DNA of 64,000 nt from Epithemia pelagica (Eukaryota > Protista > Bacillariophyta): positions 1,984,001 through 2,048,000 of the forward strand of contig OX337239.1 in NCBI GenBank assembly GCA_946965045.2, written 5' to 3'. Each line of letters starts with the position of its first letter. The first letter of the stretch is position 1. Under the pieces are notes generated by a model. The model was given only the letters and a program-made list of their open reading frames with translations, was not told the DNA's origin and ran no database searches. The position numbers and the translations under genes were made by a program. This document shows positions 35,601 to 46,687 of the stretch, one piece after another.

Positions 35601-37838
35601 CAATTGCACAGCTCGGTTAAACTGTTGCACAGCACGTCGATTGGCTTCCGCATCATTGGAAAGTCCTTTCTTTTTCTTTTTGGATTTGGTACTTTTCTTG
35701 GTGGGTTTCTCCTGGCTTTTCGACATGGTTTTGTTGGCCAAACCCTTATTATGATTGACCTTGCTCGCGTCCATGGGTTCGGTCCGCATTTTGACTGCCG
35801 TGCTGGCTGTGATACTCACTTCCTGAGCCGGAAGTGCATCCAAAGCAGCACCGGTACTCCTCGGGACGTCCAAAGATGGAGTCGTTGCAGGAACGTCACC
35901 ATCCTCTTCGGATGGACGAGCAGTGTTATCCCCGTCTTTATCGGACACATTCTTTTTCTTTTGCTTTTTGGATCTGGCGGGTTTCTTTTTGGATGGTGCA
36001 TTCCCATTTTTATGGTTTGCATTCCCATTCTCACCGTCCTGATCGTGAGCCGGCAAATTGTTGGTAGTCCCCGTAAGGACAGGTCCCTTGGTTCCACTGC
36101 CACGAGACAAAATCAAAAACTTGCCGTGCTTTCCTGGAGCAGCCGTGGGCAGAGAATTGAAAGGAGTGGATGGAGATGCGTTCGACATGGGTTCAGTTGG
36201 CCCCTGTCCCAAGGTAGTAGTGTTGTGAGAAGCATTCTCAGTTTGGATGGGTTGCTCGTTTGCATCGTGGAATTCGGACTCATGGTTGGTACCACTTTGT
36301 TCGTTCTGTCTGTCGGTCTCTTGCTGGATTGTATGACTCTGGTTTTGTTCGAAATGGTCCGGTTGATCTTCTTCGTGTTCACGTACATGGTTCTCCCCAG
36401 CTGACAAGGGTTGACTCGGTTGTGGCGGACCCGTCTCAGGATTGGTTTCGACACCGACGACCGAGTCACCCATTTCTGTTTCGTTTGGAGCAGGACGCAG
36501 TTCGGAGTGATTGCGCCTCTCATTCTCCTCCGTGTTTTCTTCCAGGACGTCCGGAACAGTCTCAAGTTGTTCTTTTTCTCCTTCCCCACCATTGTCCGGA
36601 TGCTCTTCTTCTTCTTCATGAATTTCGTCAGGATGGGATTCCGGATTGTGCAGTGTGTTTCCATTATAAGATTTTGGTTTCCGGGAGGACGACGAATTGC
36701 GTCCACGGCCTCTGCCCCTTCCTCCTCGACCCGAGGACGTTGTTCCCCGTCCTCCACGCCCCCCTCCTCGAGCAGAGGACCGACCTCGTCCACGCCCTCG
36801 ACCATGATACGACGAGGATGGGGCCCGAGATACTGGAGCATGACTTGCATCTTCCGCAGCCGAGGCGTTATGGGAAGTAAGACTTGTGGATGTTGTAGTA
36901 CTTGTAGTGGCTGATTCTTCTGTCTTGTTGTCCTGAGGTTGAGGATGAGGGTGCGAGTTTCGGGGCTTTTTGTCATGAGTTCGAGGATTGCTAGTATTGT
37001 TGAAGTGCTTCGAATTTCCTCCGCCCCCTCTTGTTGTTCGACCATTAGTAGAAGGATCTGAGTTGGATGTTGTTGGTCTAGGAGGGTTCTTGGAAGTGGC
37101 GTGGGACTGGGCGGTCTCTGGCGTTTCCTTCGGCTGGTTGGTGTGGTGCGGTTCATTGGATCGACTGGAAGCGTTGGCATTTCCCTGGAACTGCTGCTTT
37201 TGTTGTCCATTGGACTCACTTGCGTTCGACGGTTCACCATGACTCGTAGCAGCAACCGTAGAATTGGATTCTTCCTTGGGAGTACTCGACTCTTCCACTG
37301 GGTCTCCTCGCCCACCACCACCACGTCCGCCTCGACCACTTGCTCTGCCCCGTCCACCTCCTCGACCACGTCCTCCACGTCCACCTCGACCACTACTTCC
37401 TCGACCTCCACTGTTCGGATTCGTAGTAGTATTGCCGTTGGTTGGACTTTTCCCACCTCCTCCGCGTGCTGAGAAACTGCTGTGGTGACGACCACCACCA
37501 CGACCTCCGGAGCTGTTGTTTCGACCTGAAGTGCCACCACCACCACCAGAAGATCTACCGTTGTGATTGTTGTTGTTGTTGTTATTGTTGGTAGGATTCT
37601 TGGGATGGGCGCTATCGTTCTGGTTGGAACGACCTCGTCCTGCTCCACCACGAGACGACTCGGCGACCGTGGGTGTCGATGGAGTGGTGGAGCTGCCACC
37701 ACCACCACCTCGTCCACCACCACCGCCTCCTCGACGACGGTGGTGTGGTGGATGATGATGGTGGTGGTGGTCGGAAGACGACGCTGTTGTGGTCTTGGGA
37801 CTTGCCGTCGCTGCTTCTTCTCCTCTCGGTTGGCTCAT
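32652..37838 (-). CDS. Upf1-like SF1B RNA/DNA helicase with a very long RGG/low-complexity N-terminus; exons 37838-35577, 35496-34212, 34111-32652
   Basis: Walker A QGPPGTGKT, DEATQ, LVGDHCQLPP, QYRMHP, VTPYAAQ, VDGFQGREKE, RRVNVSFTRAR; GTGAGT...CAG and GTATGT...CAG introns join three ORFs in frame. Confidence 0.9.
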
Positions 37839-38789
37839 ACACAAACAAGGTTCGGGGGGAGTAAGTGTTGTGTTTCCCAACAAAACAATGGGGCGAACGA
37901 AAGAATCTCCCGAACCAAAATGGCCTTTGCGTGTGTGTGTTGGTCACTCTCCAGCGCTGTCAGGCATATAACAATGACAGCAGGTCGTTCGTACTTCTTC
38001 TTCGACAGCTGGAGTGTGTCATTGTTTCGTGCCAAAATTCTCATCTCTCCAAACACACACGTCTGTCTGTATTTCCTTACCAAAAATATGCTCTTCGTGA
38101 TCGGGAGTTTTATGAGTCAGTCCATGCAACACATGTGCATCGCGCGTGCCCGACCCCCACGGTTTAAAAAAAATTCCAAAGTATACCGATGGCCTGACGT
38201 GCTCGCGGTTGGAACTGATTCTGCACACAAACAATGACACTTGCCGTCACGCAAGTGAGATTCTTCTGGTGGTGATAGCGAGAGAAGAAGAACCAGCTGA
38301 AGGAGCGACATCAACAAAACAAAACCATTGTGCTCGGAACAAACGTGACAACAGAAGAGAAATCAACCGAGTCTCTCTACCTACCGTTCCATTCAAGAAG
38401 GTGGCTGACATCGGAAAAAGACTCGAACTGTCATTTCTACGAGGAGTAGAGAGGATCAACTGTATATTTTCTGGTTCGTTTGACACCAGCACCTCTTTTC
38501 CCAACCATTGGCATTCTGTCATTTTCACCTCTAGTTCCGTCGGTGAAGTGAACACGAGTCTTGTGTTCGATTGACTTGTGTCAACCTGTCAAGCAACAAC
38601 ACATTTTCAACGACCAGGAAGGAACCAAGAAAGGTAGTTGCTGTCCTTATAAAGTGGCCTGACAAAGAAACCAAAACGCAAAATCAGAGGGACAAGCAGA
38701 TCGAAACCTTTTTCTTTCTTGCCAGATAATCCAAACAGACGAATTGTCGGAAGCTATACGTCGAAGTAAAGGAAACACAGAAAAAGAAC

Positions 38790-40634
38790 ATGTTCATGGC
38801 TCCTCCGAGTCGAGTGAGCCTCCTTGGCATTACGATAGCTTTCCTACTTGGGCGACAGTTTGTGCCCTCGCCACTCCAGGTTCATGCCTTTGTTGTGCCC
38901 ACAACTTCAGGATCTATCGCCTTGTCGCTGTCCTCCCTGTCGCGACAACATAAAGCTGCTTCCTCTCTTGACCATGCACAGCGACGACGACAACAACAAC
39001 AACAGCAAGAGGAAAGTGGCCGCAACCGAGCAAGTCGGCTGACCCGTGCCCATCACACATACTGGACGACTCGAACCTGTTTGATTCAATCGACACGAAC
39101 AACGATACCTTCTGATTCTCCCTCATCATCGTCGTCATCATCGTCCTTTTTGCCGTTTTCCTCTCCCGACTCGGCAACTCTTCATGGCCAACAACGTCAA
39201 AAACAACGTGGTGTCTCCTTCCAGAATCTATGGTCCTCGTCAGCTCCTCACAAACACAACAAGCGCAAGACCAACAAGCCAAAAGCCAGGTCGATCGCCA
39301 AGAAACGAAGCAGATCCCATGTCAAGGAACATAGTCCAATGGCCCTCAAGGCCTCAGAAAGTCATTCCAAGAAGATGCAAAAGACAGCCATTAACCACGC
39401 CATGATGCACCGCATGATCATGTCACAAGTGGCTCTGCTTGGCTTGAGCACTGCCTGTGCCTTGGCTGTGACAAGCTTGAGTGGTGGTAGCTTTTCCGAT
39501 TGTCTAGAATGGTCCTCAAGTTTGGATGTGTCGTCTTGGTCTCCTTCCTGGTGGACATTATTCAGTAGTGGTGGTATCGGACAGTCTGTGGGTTCTTCGT
39601 TGGTACTTGGTGCGGCCGCCGCCACACCCATGATTTGGATGTCACAACTCGTTGATCAAGCGTCCTCGCGAAGAGATACCAGTCATGTTCATTTTGCCAC
39701 GACCAATCGAGTCGTCACTCTCTTTGGACGACGCCATCGTCGATTCAAACATACAATGCACGACCAGACTTTGGGATTGTCCACCACCACCACTTCCGTG
39801 CCCGTACAAGCACAAGAGGGACCCACGCAAGAAGGGGGTCATGACACTGCTTTGGCAGCTGCCACATCGACTCGGCAAGTAATTGCGTCGAGTGCCATGT
39901 TATCAGCCCTGACCAGCGCAACCGAAGAAATTGTCTTTCGTGGATATATTCCGGCCTTGTTGTTTGCCTTGACGCACATGCCCGTGGTGGCTTGGCTGGG
40001 ACAGGCCGTCTTGTTTGGATTGGGACACGTTCATCCTGCCGCTCATGTGGGAGAAAATCGTGTTGTTGCCGCCACACAAACCTTGAATGCCCTGTTTGGA
40101 TATGGCCTGGTCTACATTGTATCAGGAGGCAGCTTGTGGCCCTGCATGGTGGCTCATACCTTGTACGATTTGCACGTTCTTGTGTCCAGTTGGCACAAGG
40201 TCAATACGCAAATGGATTGGACCGAAGATTCCATGGCCCTACAGGATCAAACCAATCTTGCAGCATCGTCTCAAGTTTTGTTAACAAATTCTTCCTTACC
40301 GGATCAAGTCGCTCTTGATCAAATCCAACAATGGGCAGGTCCTGCCTTGTCCTCTGATACTCTTGATATATGTCGTCGTTTCTTCTATGCCTTTGATGAA
40401 GATCACAAGCACGCCCTGTCCTTGCCGAACGTCCAACGTGCGATTTCCTATGCCTTTTTGCAAGATTACATACAGCCTTCGGCTGAACAAGTGGAGCGAT
40501 TGTTTCGCAAACTCTTGAGAGAACGGAGAACCACCGTTAGCTCCAGTGATGTACGGAAGGATCGAATAGATTTGTCCGAGTTTGTTCGACTTCTCTTTTC
40601 GATTCGAGCGCAAACATTCAAGGTTGCCACCTGA
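38790..40634 (+). CDS. Plastid-targeted CPBP (Abi/CAAX-type) intramembrane metalloprotease with C-terminal EF-hand-like motifs
   Basis: EEIVFRG, FGLGH, AHTLYD motifs; signal peptide ending VHA-FVV; DEDHKHALSLPNV and DRIDLSEF. Confidence 0.85.
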   Translation: MFMAPPSRVSLLGITIAFLLGRQFVPSPLQVHAFVVPTTSGSIALSLSSLSRQHKAASSLDHAQRRRQQQQQQEESGRNRASRLTRAHHTYWTTRTCLIQSTRTTIPSDSPSSSSSSSSFLPFSSPDSATLHGQQRQKQRGVSFQNLWSSSAPHKHNKRKTNKPKARSIAKKRSRSHVKEHSPMALKASESHSKKMQKTAINHAMMHRMIMSQVALLGLSTACALAVTSLSGGSFSDCLEWSSSLDVSSWSPSWWTLFSSGGIGQSVGSSLVLGAAAATPMIWMSQLVDQASSRRDTSHVHFATTNRVVTLFGRRHRRFKHTMHDQTLGLSTTTTSVPVQAQEGPTQEGGHDTALAAATSTRQVIASSAMLSALTSATEEIVFRGYIPALLFALTHMPVVAWLGQAVLFGLGHVHPAAHVGENRVVAATQTLNALFGYGLVYIVSGGSLWPCMVAHTLYDLHVLVSSWHKVNTQMDWTEDSMALQDQTNLAASSQVLLTNSSLPDQVALDQIQQWAGPALSSDTLDICRRFFYAFDEDHKHALSLPNVQRAISYAFLQDYIQPSAEQVERLFRKLLRERRTTVSSSDVRKDRIDLSEFVRLLFSIRAQTFKVAT

Positions 40635-41109
40635 TGTCCGATAAGACAGAGACAATAGTTGTTTATTGTTATCCTGGTGTTTTATTTGTTTTTTGGCTGC
40701 AATTTATAACCCGGGAGTCACGCCATTTCGAGAGATACGGGGTTTGGGGCGTTTGGCCTTTGGTATCTTTTGTTGTCTTGCCCCAGAGACTATGCGTGTC
40801 CTGGAACACGAGTTAAGGTGCCCCACTCTATGAAGTAAAAGAACGCATCTACACTCCTGTTTTCCTCTTTCCTTATCTCTCTAGAGAGCATTTGATTGCG
40901 CCTCTTCAAATTGTTAGGAGTACACTTGTTAGCTATCCGAAATCCGAATCAGTCGCACACACAAAAAGAGCAACTTGCCCCCCTGATCCCTGATGCCCCT
41001 AATCCATCTCCCCCTTTCGATGAGCGGCCTCCCCCTCTCCAGCAGTGATTGTGATGGCAGAAATGGCAATGGTTTGCGACGGTGACAGTACGGCATCGTC
41101 ATTGATCGT

Positions 41110-43854
41110 ATGGAATCAGGCTCGATGATTCGCTCTCGTCGTCGGATTCCACCAGATCAAGGAGACGATGGAGGCGATTTTTCCACAGAAACAGCGACGA
41201 AATCACCATTAGAAGCTGTGCCGTTCGGTGGTTTGGAGCTCAAGAGTGCTTCCTCAAGAACAACGTCGACGAATCGCCGAAAGACAAATGGTCGAACCAA
41301 AACAACCCTGACAGCAACGTCGGATGGAGCGTGGATATTACAAAAAGTGTACACATGGGAAAGTTACATCTCGATCTACATGGCAGTAGTAGTGGTCATC
41401 TCCATAGCTTGTTGGGTCTGGATGCTTTCTCTTCGGTTCCGTCACCGTGGCTTCATGCTACCATGGAGCATGTTTGGTGGAACAAGAGAGTTTCAGCGGG
41501 ATATTGGTCGCCTTGCTACTCAACAAAGCAAACTGTGGGAAGGAGGGACCAGTTTTACGATATTTTATCAAATTTTTGTGCCCGACACGGACGACAAGGG
41601 ACGCCAAAACGCGCTACGAATCATCAACGAACAAATGCAACAAATACAAACGGCTATTCTAGAGCAGCAACAAAAGTCACAGCAGTTTCTTCCATTCCAA
41701 CTGTATTATTATACAATCGGTGGAGAATTGCCAAATCGCTTAAAAGAGGATCATTTCCGAAGTGATTATTGCATTGACAAGAATTCAAAGTTGTTGAGTT
41801 GCACTCACGGTGGTCATGCAAAAACAGGAAGTGAAGATTTCACACTACAGGCACTCTTTGAGTTTTGTCGAACTGTCCAACGAAACATGGAAACCAGCCA
41901 TCATGAGCACCGTGTCGTCTACCTTCATTCCAAGGGAAGTTATCACCACAGTCGCGTCAATGAAAACTGGAGATACCATTTAACCTCGGCTGCTTTGCAT
42001 CCATCTTGTCTTTTCAGCACTGACGATACTAGTACAACATGCCATGTTTGTGGATTACAGTTCTTTACGGAATGGGCCCCCTTCTTCCCCGGCAACATGT
42101 GGACGGCGCAGTGTTCTTATGTAGCGAAACTCATTCCACCAGGTTCCTTTGAAGGGGCTTTGGAATCGGCCGTGAAAGAACTATTGTACTTGCAATGGAA
42201 AGGCCAGTTGGAGAGTCATTTGTATTCTGATCGTCTGGATCGATATGGTTTGGATCGCTATCATAGCGAACATTGGATTGCCAGTCACCCTATGGTACAA
42301 CCATGTGACATGTCCTCCACAGAAAAATTGAAGCCATGGCTCACGGCTCGTTCTCCTTCCAACGACACAAGATTGTCGTGGTCCATGGCACCGCGCCATC
42401 GTGGAGGACCTGCCGATCAACTGGCCCCGGATACTGTGGACTTGATTTGGAAACGTCACGATTCGCGACGGGAGGTGTTTTACATTGCGGGTCTCTTGAT
42501 CAAACATCTCACTTTGTATCAACAAGTCCCTCCCCCAGATTCGTGGGTGTGGACATGGTTTCGGGACGGTCCGTTTTGGTTGCGTGTTGTTGAGCAACAT
42601 CATGGCACCATGTACCATCCTGATCTTGTAGCAGACACCTTATTGTCCTTGCCAGAGGAAGCGACCCAAAACGAGACAACGCGTCGCCGCCGTATATCCT
42701 TGCCTTGGAGGAATGAGTCGCTTTCGCGCGTGGGCCAAGTGCCAATTGGAGAAGATGCTCCAGGTGCTCTGTATACGAAGAGAGAAGAATCGGCAGTGTT
42801 TGTACACATTAATGCCGATGATCCATCCGGCGTGAGAAGACAAATCGATCAGGTTGAGGCATTTACAAACGAATGGCGAAAACGACCTGACAACCGTAAT
42901 CCTAAGTTCGTGTATTTTCAGTTCTCGGGGCATAGTTCCAGTGAAAAACCTGATTTGGAGAACCATGCTCTTTGTTCGACTCCCAAAAATGAAGGCAGTA
43001 TCCAATGCCAACAGTTGCCGCCTCTCGAACGGGGACAAGTGGGAGAAACAATGCAAGAACTTCACAACTACTGTCTTCTCCATCCTCTTTCCACAGTGAC
43101 TTACCTGGATATGAGTTTTGGAAATTTGAGCGCCAATGACGAAGAAGGGGACACTCGCGAGATCGAACGCGTCTTGTCCGAGCTGGGACGGCACGACTGC
43201 ACTTCTGCGACTTGGCAAGTAGCTCAGAAGCAGCATTCCTGCAATGTCTGTGGCCCAGGGCTAACGTGGACTGCAGCTGGGATTCGCTTTCGTCACAAAC
43301 TGTGGACCTCGCCTTGCTCGTTTGTTCGTACGCTCCTGAACCCAGTCGTCTACGGCCATAGAATGTCCATCGTGACGAAAGACATTTTGACTATGACAAT
43401 GAAACGGCGCCTGGTCATGGAAATCTTCAAGGACAACACCACATACTTGCCGGACGAAGTATCTATGTTGCAATTTCATTGGCCACTGAGTCATCCCTTG
43501 GCTGTTCCATGTACGTCTTCGTCTTTCTCGCAAACGACACTGCCCCGGTCGTTGATGGATCTAGTTTCGAAGACGGCTTCAGCACCGGCTTACAGTATCG
43601 ACATTGTTGATGATCTCAACGAAAATGTCAACAAGAGCCTTCATATTCGCGAATGTTCGTTTTTGGCTTGTCATGTACTGCGATGGGGTCTTTTGTACCA
43701 GGAACAGCCACCTCCGTTATCATGGGTGTGGTTTTGGTTTCCCCATGGCAGTAATTGGCTTGCCGCAACAACATCAATCAAGTCTGATCTATCCTTTGGA
43801 CCAGAGCGCATTGTCGAACAAGTTGCGAGCCCCTTTTCCGACTCCACCGTTTAA
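41110..43854 (+). CDS. 914-aa type II membrane protein with two tandem copies of an uncharacterised, possibly glycosyltransferase-like domain
   Basis: Single TM near aa 88-108; copy 1 has VYLHSKGSYH, CHVCG, GNMWTAQCSYV, EHWIASHP, WVWTWF; copy 2 has TYLDMSFG, CNVCG, KLWTSPCSFV, WPLSHP, WVWFWF. Confidence 0.7.
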   Translation: MESGSMIRSRRRIPPDQGDDGGDFSTETATKSPLEAVPFGGLELKSASSRTTSTNRRKTNGRTKTTLTATSDGAWILQKVYTWESYISIYMAVVVVISIACWVWMLSLRFRHRGFMLPWSMFGGTREFQRDIGRLATQQSKLWEGGTSFTIFYQIFVPDTDDKGRQNALRIINEQMQQIQTAILEQQQKSQQFLPFQLYYYTIGGELPNRLKEDHFRSDYCIDKNSKLLSCTHGGHAKTGSEDFTLQALFEFCRTVQRNMETSHHEHRVVYLHSKGSYHHSRVNENWRYHLTSAALHPSCLFSTDDTSTTCHVCGLQFFTEWAPFFPGNMWTAQCSYVAKLIPPGSFEGALESAVKELLYLQWKGQLESHLYSDRLDRYGLDRYHSEHWIASHPMVQPCDMSSTEKLKPWLTARSPSNDTRLSWSMAPRHRGGPADQLAPDTVDLIWKRHDSRREVFYIAGLLIKHLTLYQQVPPPDSWVWTWFRDGPFWLRVVEQHHGTMYHPDLVADTLLSLPEEATQNETTRRRRISLPWRNESLSRVGQVPIGEDAPGALYTKREESAVFVHINADDPSGVRRQIDQVEAFTNEWRKRPDNRNPKFVYFQFSGHSSSEKPDLENHALCSTPKNEGSIQCQQLPPLERGQVGETMQELHNYCLLHPLSTVTYLDMSFGNLSANDEEGDTREIERVLSELGRHDCTSATWQVAQKQHSCNVCGPGLTWTAAGIRFRHKLWTSPCSFVRTLLNPVVYGHRMSIVTKDILTMTMKRRLVMEIFKDNTTYLPDEVSMLQFHWPLSHPLAVPCTSSSFSQTTLPRSLMDLVSKTASAPAYSIDIVDDLNENVNKSLHIRECSFLACHVLRWGLLYQEQPPPLSWVWFWFPHGSNWLAATTSIKSDLSFGPERIVEQVASPFSDSTV

Positions 43855-44200
43855 CAGGACAGCTCTTCGCTCGGTCTTTGTCGCCATACATTAAGATACA
43901 GACGTTGAGGAAGCTGGTTGTCTGGCTTGCCTTCGCAATGCACGTGGGAAACGTCTTGCTGTCGTGTTGATTGAGTTGACAGAATCTGCTCCACGATACA
44001 ACAGACCTCAGACCTGTCTCACTACGAAGAAGTTGAGCCAGTACTTTGATGTTGAATGGGTTTGGACCATTTCTTGGCAGAGGTTGCTTTTAACATGAAA
44101 CAAGAATGTGGCTACTATTCCTACTTAATTGAACAATTCGACCGATGCTGTTGATCATAACTCATCAAATAAATTTGTCTTTCGTCTTTGGAAGGATGGG

Positions 44201-46687
44201 TTAGTCATCCTCATCACATAGATCAATGATAATAACCCTCTTGGGTTTAGCACTCTTCTTCACTAGCTCACTTTTCCTGGTATTGGATGAATGTTTGAGG
44301 CAACCTTTACGACCGGAATGTGAACATGGCTTAGAAGATGTTTCACGTCCCTTGGCCGCGTTTGACTTGTTGTTACTTTGAAACAACTCATTGGGATGTT
44401 CGCTTTCGTGATGCAAATATGGCTTTGATGATGCTTCAGGCTCCTGGGTCATGTCATTTTCAAACAACGCATTGGGTTGGGCACTCACGGAATGCGAAGT
44501 TGGCTGTATGGCCGCTTTACTGTTTCCGGCCATGCTTTCGAGGCTGATTTTAGAAGAATGAGCACCAGAACTTTGCCGAGTCGCTTCACGGTCAGTTGTA
44601 ATCGTTTTGGATACTGTTTCCTTGTCCGCGGTTGATGGGAACCGTTTGATGACTTGGCTGATCTCGGCATCCAAAGCACTGTAGTCGGTCATGCGACTAC
44701 ATACATCGCTATCATCCACATGTGCAGTAACCACAGATGTTGGAATAGGGGCATCAGGAGTTTCATTCAGGACCGTTTTTCGGGCAATTCTCTTTCGCCG
44801 TAACGGTGTTGATGTTTTGTAACATTTTTTCTTTTGATCCACAACACCCGGTCTCGTCTCGAGATCTTCCTGCTTCTTTTGCTCCTCCATACTCTGCTCA
44901 TGGTTTTGTACAATCACAGAGGTTGGGACCGAGAGATCAATGGCACTATCTTCTACCTGTTGCAAACTGGAATCTTGCCCTCCTCGCTCGGACACCTCGG
45001 AAACTGTCCTTTTCCCCTTCTTCTGTACAATGTGCTCGACAGCCGCATCTTCATGTCCTTCGTTATCTTCGTTATCTTCGTCATACCGTATTCGGCGTTT
45101 GGTGCGGCGTGTGCGATGCATCAGCTCTACTGGTCCCACGATATCATGTTCCGGAATATCTTCAAACTGCTTGCTTGATTCCCATCGTACTCGTACATGT
45201 CGAACGTTGTTTATGATGAAACTTGGATGTGCGTTGAAAACTGTGACGATCCGTTTCCCAAGCCGACCAGTGCGGACCCATACGTCTTGGCGGCATCTCC
45301 ATTCACGCTGAGGTCTGGGGGAACTTGCCGTTGAAACAATTTCACAATTCTCTCCATCTGATACTCTTTTGTTGGAGCTTGCTGCACAATCTTCCATATT
45401 GCGATGTGGAGTTACCATCTTGGGATGTGGAGTTACCCCTGCGCCCGCAGTGCTTGGTTTCGGGTATGGGACTTCCTGACAATCTGAGGGACTGCCAACC
45501 CTGTCTACGTCTGCGCAAATTGTATCTTCGAAGTCCTGCTCTAACGGGGACGATGTGTCCCAGTCAATATTGGAGAACTCATCCAACAGATCATCTTCAG
45601 GCTCATCTTCTGATTTTGATTCATTCTCATGAGCTTCTGACTCCAACATGTTATCCACCCGCTCCTTTTGATTAACTGCGTTGTTATCTTCCACATGTGC
45701 ATCATGAGGGGTATTGTGCAGGACTGATTTCGAGGCAATTCGCTTGCACCGTGGTGGTGTCCTTGGCTCCTCATATTTTTTCTGTTGATCCACAACTCCT
45801 GGCTTGCTCTCGAGTTTTTTGGGCTTCTTTTGTTTCGTCATGCTCCGTTCATAGTCCTGCACAATCACAGAGGCTGGGACCGAGAGATCAATGGCGCTAT
45901 CTTCTGTATGTTGCATTTTGGAATTTTGTTCTCGTTGTTCCATAACCTCAGAAACTGCCCTTTGCTTCTCCTTTTCCAAGTGTTCGACAACTGTATCTTC
46001 ATTGCCTTCCGTATCCTCATTGTACTGTATTTGAGGCTTTAAGCGCTGTTCTCGTGTTCGATGTTCCCAACTCGTGTCGTCAAAGCCTTGCTCGGACGAC
46101 GACGTTGCAGTTGTACCCAAGTCAACATCCAACATATCATCATCCGGCTCATCCTCAGGCTCGTATTCTGATTGCGATTCATTCTGCGATTCTAGTTCGG
46201 ACGCTTCATCTGTCTGTAGTTCTTCATTGACTTCTTGTTCACCGACCTCCTCTTCTCCCTCGAACTCTTCTTCTTCTTCATTGAGACCACTTGAAGCTTC
46301 ACAGTCTCCACACGTACGCGTTCTTTTTTGGCGACGAGCCAAGTCTTTGTCACGAAAATCCACTTCTTCCTCTGCGGATGAATCTCGTTTCGAGTTCATA
46401 TCCGCCCAAACTCTTCGTTCACGGACTACACGACCCTGGAAAGGGGACATCCGACGACGCTTCTGTCGACTTTCATCAATGGACTCAATAAGAGAAGCGT
46501 CTACTTCTGCGAACTCGCCAGTACATTCCCACTTGACCCACACAAATGTTTGGTCGCCACAAACACGGGGTTCCTGTCCACTCTCCACCCTCCAACCATA
46601 ATGATCCATGAAGCGATTCAAGCCGACCACGCGGATTTTCTCACCAAGTTTCACGGAGGTACGTTTGGATCCTCGTCGTTTGTCCAT
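44201..46687 (-). CDS. 828-aa acidic protein with internal duplications and two small beta-barrel-like (Tudor/SH3-fold-like) segments
   Basis: Intact ORF; VWVKW and VRVRW segments each followed by a basic RR tract; duplicated EDSAIDLSVP..VIVQ...PGVVDQ.KK block. Confidence 0.65.
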   Translation of the reverse strand: MDKRRGSKRTSVKLGEKIRVVGLNRFMDHYGWRVESGQEPRVCGDQTFVWVKWECTGEFAEVDASLIESIDESRQKRRRMSPFQGRVVRERRVWADMNSKRDSSAEEEVDFRDKDLARRQKRTRTCGDCEASSGLNEEEEEFEGEEEVGEQEVNEELQTDEASELESQNESQSEYEPEDEPDDDMLDVDLGTTATSSSEQGFDDTSWEHRTREQRLKPQIQYNEDTEGNEDTVVEHLEKEKQRAVSEVMEQREQNSKMQHTEDSAIDLSVPASVIVQDYERSMTKQKKPKKLESKPGVVDQQKKYEEPRTPPRCKRIASKSVLHNTPHDAHVEDNNAVNQKERVDNMLESEAHENESKSEDEPEDDLLDEFSNIDWDTSSPLEQDFEDTICADVDRVGSPSDCQEVPYPKPSTAGAGVTPHPKMVTPHRNMEDCAASSNKRVSDGENCEIVSTASSPRPQREWRCRQDVWVRTGRLGKRIVTVFNAHPSFIINNVRHVRVRWESSKQFEDIPEHDIVGPVELMHRTRRTKRRIRYDEDNEDNEGHEDAAVEHIVQKKGKRTVSEVSERGGQDSSLQQVEDSAIDLSVPTSVIVQNHEQSMEEQKKQEDLETRPGVVDQKKKCYKTSTPLRRKRIARKTVLNETPDAPIPTSVVTAHVDDSDVCSRMTDYSALDAEISQVIKRFPSTADKETVSKTITTDREATRQSSGAHSSKISLESMAGNSKAAIQPTSHSVSAQPNALFENDMTQEPEASSKPYLHHESEHPNELFQSNNKSNAAKGRETSSKPCSHSGRKGCLKHSSNTRKSELVKKSAKPKRVIIIDLCDEDD

